Source of the DNA: an uncultured Planctomycetales bacterium
GTDB lineage: Bacteria > Planctomycetota > MHYJ01 > JACPRB01
Assembly (NCBI GenBank): GCA_964468745.1
Contig: CAYXVY010000079.1
Location: 7,660-71,659 of the forward strand
DNA length: 64,000 nt
Direction of reading: 5' to 3'
The position numbers and the translations under genes are program-made. Below are positions 38,078 to 46,653 of this stretch, in pieces. The notes under the pieces were generated by a model. That model was not told the origin of the DNA. It saw only the letters and a list, made by a program, of their open reading frames with translations, and ran no database searches. Each line of letters starts with the position of its first letter. Positions within the stretch are counted from its first letter, which is position 1.

Positions 38078-39001
38078 CTAGTCCCTGAACTGCGAACGCA
38101 ATTCGCGCGCCGCCTTCTGCGCCATCCCCGCCTGGTTCGACTCCTCGCGGAGGTCGCCCAGTTCCTGCAACGCGTCCACCGTGATATCGGGGCGGTCGAG
38201 CCCCTTCTTCACGTAGTCTTCGAGCGCGCCGAATTTCTCGATCGCGCCGACACAGATCTCTTCGATGCTCTTGATCTTCTTACGGATCTCTTCCTTCTGC
38301 TCCGGGGTCCCCAGCAGGAGCGCGTCCTTCTCGCCCTCGATCCCTTTGAGGGTCTTCGAGGCCTGGCGCCACTTGTCCACCATGCGATACATCGGAATGT
38401 AGAGACCCCCGTACTCCGGCGGCTTCGAGGTCTCGTCGAGGAGATCGTCGGCGTCAAGCACCCAGAGCTTGATGATCACCCAGGTTCTGATGATCTCGTT
38501 TCCTTCCTTCGACTCGACTTTCTTATGGGCCTGCAGCAGCTCCATGAGCTCGCGCATCTTCGCGTCGGCATCCTGGAAGCTCTTGAGGCCTTCCTTGATC
38601 TTCCCGATCTCCTCCGGAGTCAATTCGACCCCGCCGTCGACCCACGCCTTGCTCTGGATCGCGAAGACGTCCTTCTTCCCGTTGCGCGCCTTCTTGACCG
38701 CCTCGCCGATTTCGGCGGCGACGTCGCGCGGCGGAGGGCCCTTCTTGCGGTTGAGGATCACGCGTACCACGATCGCCGCGGAGAGCCCCACGCATGTGAG
38801 GATGATCCCGAGCATCAACCACTTCTTCGCGCCGCTCTTCTTCCTGGCAGGCGCCGTGACTCCGGCCGACTGTGCCCCGGTCGCCATCTTTTGCTTGGCG
38901 GTGATACCGGTTTTGGGCGCTCCCGGGCTCACTCCCGTCACAGGCTTGAGCGCCCGCGTCGGCTTGGCCCCGGGGGCCGGATCCGTCGTTTGATCAGTCA
39001 T
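38078..39001 (-). CDS. Hypothetical membrane-anchored protein: basic/Thr-rich disordered N-terminus, one TM helix, K/E-rich helical domain
   Basis: TM helix WLMLGIILTCVGLSAAIVV, then a helical K/E-rich domain. Fourth member of a run of tightly packed co-directional genes. No family recognised. Confidence 0.55.
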   Translation of the reverse strand: MTDQTTDPAPGAKPTRALKPVTGVSPGAPKTGITAKQKMATGAQSAGVTAPARKKSGAKKWLMLGIILTCVGLSAAIVVRVILNRKKGPPPRDVAAEIGEAVKKARNGKKDVFAIQSKAWVDGGVELTPEEIGKIKEGLKSFQDADAKMRELMELLQAHKKVESKEGNEIIRTWVIIKLWVLDADDLLDETSKPPEYGGLYIPMYRMVDKWRQASKTLKGIEGEKDALLLGTPEQKEEIRKKIKSIEEICVGAIEKFGALEDYVKKGLDRPDITVDALQELGDLREESNQAGMAQKAARELRSQFRD

Positions 39002-39007
39002 TCATCC

Positions 39008-40126
39008 CTACTTTGGCTGCTCTTCCTTCGGCGCCTCGCCCGACAGCGCCCCCAGTTCCTTCTTTGCCGCCTCCGCCCACGGAGTCCCGCCGTAGCGCAT
39101 CACCTCGGACCAGTAACCGATTGCGCGCGACTTGTATTCGTTCTTCGCTTCCGGCTTCTCGGCGGCCTCGGAGAGCTTGAGCGAGCAGCGCCCGGCAATG
39201 AGCAGCGCCTGCGCGTATTCCTCCGCCTGGTCCCGGGCAGCCGGAGGACCCACCGAGATCGCCTGCGCGCACATAACGAGCACCTCGCGCACCTTCGTCT
39301 TGTCGCCCCCCGCGTCTTTCCACATCGCCTCCGCCAGCCCGGAGCACCCGGCCTGATACAGCGCGGGCGACACGGTCGCGCGGTCGCCCGTGTACTTGCC
39401 GCACGCGGCCTTGAGATCGTCCATCTTCCGCAGCGCACGCAGGCAGCGCAGGATCCCGAGCTTTCCCTCGTCGGCGATGCCGGTGTTGGAGTTCGTCGAG
39501 AGCCGCTCGTACGCCGACTGCGCACCGCCGTAATCGCCCTTGCGATAGTGCGACCGCGCGAGCTCGACCTGCGCCTCGCTTCCGATCGGCTCAGGTTCGG
39601 CCTTCATTTCCTCGAGAATCTCGTTCACCTTGGCGTCGTCCAGCTTGCGGGCAATCGCCAGCCCCGTCCTGAAGGAGTCCAGCCTGAGTCGGCAGTCGCC
39701 ACACTCCATGCGGAGGCGCTTCATCATGCCGAGCGCCTGGTCCGCCTCGCCCTTCTGGTCGAGCGTGACTGCCCAGTTATAATAGAGGTACTGCTTGTGG
39801 AGCGGTTCGCGGTCCTTGTTCTGGCCGATCTCCGTCAGCGCCGCCTCGTACAGCGTCAGCGCCTTGTCGAAGTTCTTCTGCTGCGCAGCCTGGTTGGCGC
39901 GGTTGAGGGTCGAGGGCGTATCGCCGAGCTTCACGTCACGAACGTCCTCGTTTTTCAGCGTGTGCGACTTGCTCGACGTATCGACCATGAGGACCTGGGT
40001 CGACGAGAGTTTCGTGATCTTCCCCTTGAGGACCTTGCCGTCCTTCAGGGTGACCTCGTCGGGCCCGGCGGTCGGGGGTTTGGAGGGCTGGGCGAGCAGT
40101 ACGAGCAGGGCGAGAATCGCGTTCAC
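39008..40126 (-). CDS. Hypothetical secreted TPR-like protein
   Basis: GTG start overlaps the upstream TGA (GTGA), with AGGAG 6 nt upstream. Signal peptide VNAILALLVLLAQPS. TPR-like helices (ALTLYEAAL, AQVELARSHYRKGDYGGAQSAYERL). The track ORF extends upstream, but that extension is Arg-rich junk. Confidence 0.55.
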   Translation of the reverse strand: MNAILALLVLLAQPSKPPTAGPDEVTLKDGKVLKGKITKLSSTQVLMVDTSSKSHTLKNEDVRDVKLGDTPSTLNRANQAAQQKNFDKALTLYEAALTEIGQNKDREPLHKQYLYYNWAVTLDQKGEADQALGMMKRLRMECGDCRLRLDSFRTGLAIARKLDDAKVNEILEEMKAEPEPIGSEAQVELARSHYRKGDYGGAQSAYERLSTNSNTGIADEGKLGILRCLRALRKMDDLKAACGKYTGDRATVSPALYQAGCSGLAEAMWKDAGGDKTKVREVLVMCAQAISVGPPAARDQAEEYAQALLIAGRCSLKLSEAAEKPEAKNEYKSRAIGYWSEVMRYGGTPWAEAAKKELGALSGEAPKEEQPK

Positions 40127-41064
40127 TTCATGCTCCTGAGTTTGGCGTTGATCACCTGCTGACCTTCGGTTCCGTTGTAAAGCGGGATCGACTCCTCGAG
40201 CGATTCGCGCGAGGTGGCGGAGGCGACGAGCGTCTCGGCCGCCTTCTTCGAGGCCATGTTGATTTCCCGTTCCTCCTGCTCGAGGCGGCTCCTGAGCAGG
40301 GGATCGCTCGACGTTTCGCCGAACTGCCGCCATTCGCGGATGGCCTGCGAGAAATTGCCCTTCCCCAGGAAGTCGCGCTCAACGCGCGCCTTGACCTGGT
40401 TGTAGTCCTTCTGCCAGTCGCTCTGAGACTCGGTGGCGACCCAGCGGCGCAGGTCCTCGCGGATGTCGCGCAGGTCCTTGCCGCCAGAGGTGTTGCCGTA
40501 GTCCAGGAGGAGTTTGTGGCACTCGTCCCAGAATTCCTTCGCGCGCTTCATCGCCGTCCCTTCCGACTTCGCCTGTTCGACCTTGTTCTTGAAGTCGCGC
40601 ACCTTGCCGATCGAATCGCGCTCGGCGTTCACCATCGGGCGCAGCCCAGCGGCCAGGTTCTCGAGGCTGCTGTAGTTCTCACTTCCCCTGAACGAAGGAT
40701 TGCTGAGACCCTCTTCGACCAGCGCGAGGGCTTCCGCGTGCTTTCCGGCGCTCTGGAGCGTGCTCGCCTTTCCGATGATCTTCGAGATCTTGGCGTCGAT
40801 GTCGGGGGCGCGCCGGCCCGAACCGCCCCCGCCGCTCATCATCATGAAGCCGCCGCCGAGAAGAACGACGGCGCCCACACCGATGCAGACGAAGAGCGTC
40901 GTTTGATCTTTCTTCTCCTGCTTGGGGAGCGCGGCGCGACCGTCCTCCTCCTGCTGCTGCGGCTGGCGGCCGGTGGCGGTGCGCACGTTGCGCGTCGTTT
41001 TACCCGTACGCCCGATGGCCCCGGACTTGGTCGTCGGCTTGGTGCGTCGAGGGTCGATCGTCAT
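40123..41064 (-). CDS. Hypothetical membrane-anchored protein: disordered basic/Gln-rich N-terminus, one TM helix, Gly-rich linker, helical domain
   Basis: ATG overlaps the upstream TGA (ATGA). TM helix LFVCIGVGAVVLLGGGF. No known motif. Confidence 0.55.
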   Translation of the reverse strand: MTIDPRRTKPTTKSGAIGRTGKTTRNVRTATGRQPQQQEEDGRAALPKQEKKDQTTLFVCIGVGAVVLLGGGFMMMSGGGGSGRRAPDIDAKISKIIGKASTLQSAGKHAEALALVEEGLSNPSFRGSENYSSLENLAAGLRPMVNAERDSIGKVRDFKNKVEQAKSEGTAMKRAKEFWDECHKLLLDYGNTSGGKDLRDIREDLRRWVATESQSDWQKDYNQVKARVERDFLGKGNFSQAIREWRQFGETSSDPLLRSRLEQEEREINMASKKAAETLVASATSRESLEESIPLYNGTEGQQVINAKLRSMK

Positions 41065-42182
41065 GGCTTGATCCCGCGGATGGTTTCCTCGAGCTTGTCC
41101 GCCTGGGGCAAGCCTTCGTACCCCTTCCGCGCGCCCTCCAGCAGTTTCATGGCGTCGGCCTTCTTGCCGTCCTTCACCAATTTGCCCGCCTCGGCCACGA
41201 GATCTTTGATCGTGCCGTCTGCCAGGCGTCCGTGCTTCGCGCGCTCTTCCTTCAGTTTCGCGGCGAGCTCCGGCTGTTCCTTCTCCTTGAACTTGTCACC
41301 GAAGTCCTTCAGGAGCTTGAAGGCCCCCACGTGGTCGCGCGTCTCCTTCGAGGCGAGCTTGAGGGCGTCCGCCTGCAGCTTCACCCACAGGGACGGCCAG
41401 GAGACGCTAGCGAACGACTCGAGGATCTTCGTGATCTCCGTCTTGATCTCTGTAAGCTTCGGGCCGTGGCGCGACAGGTTATGCAGGTCGTGTAGCGCCT
41501 TGACTTCGTCGTAGAGTTGCGTCGCGAGCGCCTCGTCCCCGGGCGCCTTCTCCTTCGAATCCTCCCACTTACGGAGGAACGGCAGCACTTCGCTGTCCGC
41601 CTCCTTCTGGCGCTTGATGAGCTCCTCGAGCGGGAAGATGTTCTTGCAAAAGACGTTATATTCCGCGACGCAGTACTTCTTGTACTTCTCGTTGTCGCGG
41701 ACCGAGATGCAGAGTGCGAGCCGCTCGACGGTCTTCTCGTCGCCGAGATCCTTGAATTGCTTGCTCAGATCCGCAATCTCTTCCTTGAGTTTCTTGGGGT
41801 CGTCCTGCGTCATGCCGATCGCCCAGACGATCCCCGCGATTGCGCCGATCGCGAGCAGCGCGCCGCTCGCCATCATGAACGTCCGGCCGGAGATCGCGGG
41901 CTTCCCCCCGCCGACGTGTGAGCGTGCTGATGACCGCGCTGAGGCGCGGCCCGTCGTGCGCTTGTGAGCCCCTGTAGGTTTCTGGACCTGTCCGGTCGCC
42001 TTCTGCACCTGGCCCGTGGCCGGACGTTGCGTTGGAACCTGGCCCGTCGACCCGCGCGTCGGCGCCGTGCTGCCGGTGGTCACCCGCTGAGTGGTGGGCT
42101 TCACCTGCTGCGTGGCGGGCCGGATCGCCTGCGTGGCGGGCTTCGCCGCGGGATTCCTCTGTGTCGACCTTCCGTCGGCCAC
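41061..42182 (-). CDS. Hypothetical membrane-anchored coiled-coil protein with an N-terminal TGQVQK / PATQ tandem-repeat low-complexity region
   Basis: GTG start with GGAGG 6 nt upstream. Repeats (QVPTQRPATGQVQKATGQVQKPTG), TM helix LLAIGAIAGIVWAIG, and a K/E-rich helical C-terminus with a TPR-like end. Confidence 0.55.
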   Translation of the reverse strand: MADGRSTQRNPAAKPATQAIRPATQQVKPTTQRVTTGSTAPTRGSTGQVPTQRPATGQVQKATGQVQKPTGAHKRTTGRASARSSARSHVGGGKPAISGRTFMMASGALLAIGAIAGIVWAIGMTQDDPKKLKEEIADLSKQFKDLGDEKTVERLALCISVRDNEKYKKYCVAEYNVFCKNIFPLEELIKRQKEADSEVLPFLRKWEDSKEKAPGDEALATQLYDEVKALHDLHNLSRHGPKLTEIKTEITKILESFASVSWPSLWVKLQADALKLASKETRDHVGAFKLLKDFGDKFKEKEQPELAAKLKEERAKHGRLADGTIKDLVAEAGKLVKDGKKADAMKLLEGARKGYEGLPQADKLEETIRGIKP

Positions 42183-42345
42183 TCCAACCTCCTTGAGCAG
42201 GTGCGCGTCATCCCTAACCGTCGACGAGCGCTCCCGCGCGATTGTGATTACCCTACCCCCTGCCGTCTACGACACCGTCCGCCTCCCGCGGACAGCCTAT
42301 TGGACGATTCTAACCTTTTCTTCGCCAGAGTTACCTCCCGCACGC

Positions 42346-43719
42346 TCATTCGCGGACGATCTCGATCCCGTATTCTCCCGCCTTGCGATACAGCGTCTTA
42401 CGGTCGATTCCCAGCATCTCCGCGGCCGCTTTGACGTTTCCCCTCGTGAGCTTGAGCACCTCGGTGATGTGCCGACGCTCGACCTCCTCGAGCGACTGCG
42501 ACACGTTCGGGGCCGGGCTCAGCAAGGACTTCGGCAGATCCTCCAGCATGATGCGCGATTTCGTATTGAGGATCACGCCGCGCTCGATGACGTTTTCGAG
42601 CTCGCGCACATTGCCCGGCCACGTGTACTGCTGGAATATGTGCAGCGCCTCGGGCGACACATCGAGGACGTTCTTGTGCGTTAGAGCGTTGTACTTCTTG
42701 ATGAAGAACTCCGCGAGGCCGGGAATGTCCTCGCGGCGCTCGCGCAGCGGCGGGAGCGTGATCGTGACGACGTTGATGCGGTAATAGAGATCCGACCGGA
42801 ACTTCTCGTCGCGGATCATCCCCTGGAGGTCTTTGTTCGTCGACGCGACGATCCGCACGTCGATCTTGATCGAGCGCGTATCGCCCAGCCGGCGCGTCTC
42901 GGACTCCTGGAGCGCGCGCAAGAGCTTCGCCTGCATGCCGAGGCTCGTATCGCCTACCTCGTCGAGGAAGAGGGTTCCGCCCGATGCCGTTTCGAAGAGG
43001 CCGGGTTTATCTGCAGTCGCGGTGCTGTGCGCACCTTTAGCGTAGCCGAAGAGTTCGGACTCGAGCAGCGTCTCCGCCATCGCGGCGCAGTTCACCGCGA
43101 CGAATTGCTTCGACGCGCGGTCACTGTGGTGATGGATGGCGCGCGCAACAAGCTCCTTGCCGGTGCCGCTCTCGCCGAGGACGAGGACGGTGCTGGTCCC
43201 GGCTGCGGCCTTGGCGATCGTCTTATAGATCTCCGCCATCGCGCGCGAATGGCCGAGCAGGTTCACGATCGCCTGGTCGGATGCGGGCGCCTTTTTCTGG
43301 GACGTGGCGAGTGATTCCTTCTTCTCGAGCGCGCGCGTGAGCGTCAATTTGATCTCATCGAACTTGAACGGCTTCGACAGGTAGTCGAATGCGCCCGCCT
43401 TCATGGCGTCGACGGCCGTGTCGATGGACCCGAAGCCGGTCATCATGATGACCTGGACCTCGGGGTGCTTGGAACGGAACACCTTGAGGACTCCCAGCCC
43501 GTCCACGCCGGGCATGCGGATGTCGGCAAGCACAATGTCGAAGTCCTCGACGTCCGCCAAGCGGACCGCGTCGTGCCCGGTGAAGACTTCGCGCACCTCG
43601 TAGCCCCACTTGCCGAGCACTTCGCGCAGCATGAGACAGTTTTCGCGGTCGTCCTCGACGAGCAGGATCCGAGCGGCGCGCGACCCTTTCGTGCGTTCCA
43701 CGTCGGTCGCCATACTCAT
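42346..43719 (-). CDS. Sigma-54-dependent response regulator (NtrC family: REC + AAA+ sigma-54 activator + Fis-type HTH)
   Basis: REC domain (ILLVEDD...DIVLADIRMPGVDG), AAA+ motifs (GESGTGKE, ESELFGYAKGAHSTA, GNVRELEN), and a C-terminal HTH (AAEMLGIDRKTLYRK). Confidence 0.9.
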   Translation of the reverse strand: MSMATDVERTKGSRAARILLVEDDRENCLMLREVLGKWGYEVREVFTGHDAVRLADVEDFDIVLADIRMPGVDGLGVLKVFRSKHPEVQVIMMTGFGSIDTAVDAMKAGAFDYLSKPFKFDEIKLTLTRALEKKESLATSQKKAPASDQAIVNLLGHSRAMAEIYKTIAKAAAGTSTVLVLGESGTGKELVARAIHHHSDRASKQFVAVNCAAMAETLLESELFGYAKGAHSTATADKPGLFETASGGTLFLDEVGDTSLGMQAKLLRALQESETRRLGDTRSIKIDVRIVASTNKDLQGMIRDEKFRSDLYYRINVVTITLPPLRERREDIPGLAEFFIKKYNALTHKNVLDVSPEALHIFQQYTWPGNVRELENVIERGVILNTKSRIMLEDLPKSLLSPAPNVSQSLEEVERRHITEVLKLTRGNVKAAAEMLGIDRKTLYRKAGEYGIEIVRE

Positions 43720-43765
43720 AGGCTACACGCTTATGTGGCCGGGCGCACGTCCGGCAAATCGCGCC

Positions 43766-46624
43766 TTAGCGTCCTCCGGTCACTTCGTCGATCTTCTTCC
43801 TCAGCTCGAGGAAGCGGTCCTTCATGCCGTGCTTCCCGCCGTCGAATTCCGGGTTGTTCTTCTCGAGGTTTTCGATGGCGATCTTCGCGAGCTTGATGTC
43901 GGAGTCCTTGCCGCGCTCGTAGAGGATCGAGATGCCCATGTACTTCGCGAGCCACCACGGCTCGGAGTCTGCCTTCGCCACGCGCAGCAGGTTGCCAAAC
44001 ACGGTCGACGCGCTGTCGAAATAGAACTTCTGCCCCTTGCGGCCCATCTCGTAGAAGACATATCCGAGCTCGAGATAGACGCCGAGCAGGGACGGATTCT
44101 TCTGCAGCACCGGCACGTTGAGCGCGCTGCTGTCGTCGACGAGCTTGTACGCCTTCACGATGTTCTCGTACTGCTCTTTCGCCTTGGCCCAGTCTTCCGC
44201 ATTGTCGGCGGTGAAGCTGTAGCAGCGCGCGAGCCGCGTCATGAGCGTGATCTTCTGCTTGTCCGAGAGCTTGCCGACCTTTCCGTCAACCAGGAGCGTG
44301 TGCACGAACGCGGCGTCCGACCAGTACTGCCGCTCGCCCACCTTCTTCCCCTTGAGATCGAGGAAGGAGATGGTCGTGTCGTCGAGTTGATTGAGCTGCT
44401 TGGCGATGATGTAGAGCGTGTCCGCGACCGCGAGCACGTCGTCCATCGTGATGCGAAGGCCACCGGCGGGACCTTCGTTCAACCACTTGGCGTAGTACCG
44501 GCTGATCTTCTTCAGATTGGCGTTGATTTTCGCCTGCTCGGCCTTGGCCTTGATGAGCTCCTGCGTCTGCTCGTCGAGCTTGATGGCCACGGACTTTGCA
44601 GCTTGGGCAATCGCCGCGCCGTCGGGGAACTTCTCGAACATGCGCTCAAGCAGCGCCATGGCGGGATCGAGTTTGCCGAGCGTGATCATGGCCTGGATCT
44701 GCAGAGCCCAGTTCTTTCCAAGACGCGCGTCGTCGGCCGGGATGTCTTTGGCCACCTTCTCGAGGAACGTGAGGCAGTCGGCGGCGCGGCCGATGGCCTC
44801 GTGCATGTAAATCCGGGCAAGGCCGTCGTTGGCAAGGAAGATCAGGTTGTTGCGCGCCTTCAGCTGGTCGGGGGTGAGACCGGACGGCACGGGGCGCCCG
44901 AGGAATTTCTGGAAGGCGTCCTCCGCCTTCTTGAGCGCAAGTTTCATGTCCGCCTTGAGCGCATCGTCCTTGTTCCCCTTCGACCACTTCAAGAAGGAGT
45001 CGACGCGGTAGCAATGTCCTGCGCGTACAAGCGCCTGCTCGTAGGCCGGCGCCTTCTCGGTCACGGTGAGGTATTTGTCCGCGGCGGCGCGGAGGTCCCC
45101 CTTCGCCTCGACTTCTTCGGCGAGGATGTAGGGGATGTTGATCGCGGCCGGGTGGTCCTTGTGGACGCTTCCGAGATGCTGCATCGCCCGCTGCTTGGCA
45201 TCCTCGTCGCGCTTCTCCCCCGAGACGGCAAACTCGCTGTTGTAGCAGCGAAGCACCTCGTAGCACGACTCGCCCGCGAGCGGATCCTTCGGCGCCAGTC
45301 GGCAGACTATCTCGAATGCGAGCGCCGCCTCATAATTCCGCTTCATCGACTGCATGCATTGCCCGAGCCTGTTGTAGGCCTGCGCGATGTACTTCGTCCG
45401 GTCGGCTTCGGCCGTGCACCCCTCGATGCAGCGACGCAGCGCTCCCGCCGCCTCCTTCCACTGCTCCTTCGAGAGGTAGCCTTCGGCTGCGCTCATCGCC
45501 TGGTCGGGCGACATGGCGAGGACGGCGCTGCCGCCGGAGGCGGCGCCGCCGCTGGAGAGTTTCTTGCGCGCGATCGCGCCGTAGCGACCTTCCGGATCGG
45601 CCTTCTGCACCTCGTTGTAAAGCGAGTTCGCGGCGCCGGACTCCCTCGCGAGCAGGTGAGCGTCCGCCTTCTCCAGCTTGAGCGCCAAGCCGGCCCACTC
45701 CTTCTCGATCCCCTTGTTTTCCTTGAAGACCTGGTCGACGAAGTTCTTCGCATCGCTGGCGCGGCCCGAGCGTGTGTACATCTGGGTCATCGCGATGTAG
45801 CCGTCGTAAATGATGCGGTTGTGGTAGTCGTTCGGACGGATCTTGGCCTCGGCCAGGCGGTGCTTCAGTGCGATGGTGCCGCGCAGTTTGACCTCCGCCT
45901 GCTTCCAGTCGCCGGCCTCGAGCATGCACTGTCCACCGAGGAGCATGGCCTCGAACGCGATGGGGCGGTCGCCGTAGTCGAACTCGAAATCCGTGAGCAG
46001 CTTTCCGGCCTCCTTGAGGATCTTCTTCTTGTCCTCGTCGTCGGCCTGCTTCGAACGTTCGTAAAGCGTGCGGGGCAGCTCGAGGCGGGCGTCCATGGTC
46101 GCGTTCTCGACCTCCTCGGTCTGCTTTTGCGCCTGCAACGTGGCGAGCGTCTCGCGGTAAAACTTTTCAGCCTCCCCGTAGACAGTGGCCGCCTTCTTCT
46201 TCAGTTCGGCGTGCTTGGCATTGTCCGCTTCGACGTCGAGCGCCTCGGTGATGAGCTTGGCCTTGCGGGCCATCGCCCAGCCGATCGAGATGCGCGCGTC
46301 GAGCGCGAGCTTGTGTGCCGCATTCTCCTTCACGAACTTCTGGAGGATGTTGACGGCGTCGTCGACCATCTGCTCCTGTTTCGCCAGGTCGGTTTCCGTC
46401 GAGGCTTGCGCGAGGCGGATCTCCGAGATGATCAGGGGCACGGAGGAGCGAGCGTCGGCGGACCGGGCGCTCTTGAGGATGCCGTTGCAGACCTCCTCCG
46501 CGAGATCAAACCACCCGCGCTGCGTCAGTGTGCGCGCCAAGTCCGAATCCTCGTCCTGCGCCCACGCCGGCGTGGCGCAGGCGATCACGGCCGACACTGC
46601 CACAACCGCACACGCGATGCGCAT
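43766..46624 (-). CDS. Large (952 aa) periplasmic TPR-repeat protein
   Basis: ATG at 46624 with AGGAG 6 nt upstream. Signal peptide MRIACAVVAVSAVIACATPAWAQ. TPR-like repeats run the whole length. The opposite-strand 1029-aa ORF is R/L/V/D-rich antisense and is rejected. Confidence 0.75.
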   Translation of the reverse strand: MRIACAVVAVSAVIACATPAWAQDEDSDLARTLTQRGWFDLAEEVCNGILKSARSADARSSVPLIISEIRLAQASTETDLAKQEQMVDDAVNILQKFVKENAAHKLALDARISIGWAMARKAKLITEALDVEADNAKHAELKKKAATVYGEAEKFYRETLATLQAQKQTEEVENATMDARLELPRTLYERSKQADDEDKKKILKEAGKLLTDFEFDYGDRPIAFEAMLLGGQCMLEAGDWKQAEVKLRGTIALKHRLAEAKIRPNDYHNRIIYDGYIAMTQMYTRSGRASDAKNFVDQVFKENKGIEKEWAGLALKLEKADAHLLARESGAANSLYNEVQKADPEGRYGAIARKKLSSGGAASGGSAVLAMSPDQAMSAAEGYLSKEQWKEAAGALRRCIEGCTAEADRTKYIAQAYNRLGQCMQSMKRNYEAALAFEIVCRLAPKDPLAGESCYEVLRCYNSEFAVSGEKRDEDAKQRAMQHLGSVHKDHPAAINIPYILAEEVEAKGDLRAAADKYLTVTEKAPAYEQALVRAGHCYRVDSFLKWSKGNKDDALKADMKLALKKAEDAFQKFLGRPVPSGLTPDQLKARNNLIFLANDGLARIYMHEAIGRAADCLTFLEKVAKDIPADDARLGKNWALQIQAMITLGKLDPAMALLERMFEKFPDGAAIAQAAKSVAIKLDEQTQELIKAKAEQAKINANLKKISRYYAKWLNEGPAGGLRITMDDVLAVADTLYIIAKQLNQLDDTTISFLDLKGKKVGERQYWSDAAFVHTLLVDGKVGKLSDKQKITLMTRLARCYSFTADNAEDWAKAKEQYENIVKAYKLVDDSSALNVPVLQKNPSLLGVYLELGYVFYEMGRKGQKFYFDSASTVFGNLLRVAKADSEPWWLAKYMGISILYERGKDSDIKLAKIAIENLEKNNPEFDGGKHGMKDRFLELRKKIDEVTGGR

Positions 46625-46653
46625 AAGGGCTCCTCGTTCCGTGCCTTCGCGGA

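Noticed and set aside
42183-42345. Second sigma-54 promoter upstream of the hypothetical quartet
   Set aside because: I scanned the minus-strand sequence and found no TGGCAC-N5-TTGC match, only a GGAGG RBS. These genes are probably read through from the upstream operon or from a sigma-70 promoter I cannot call.
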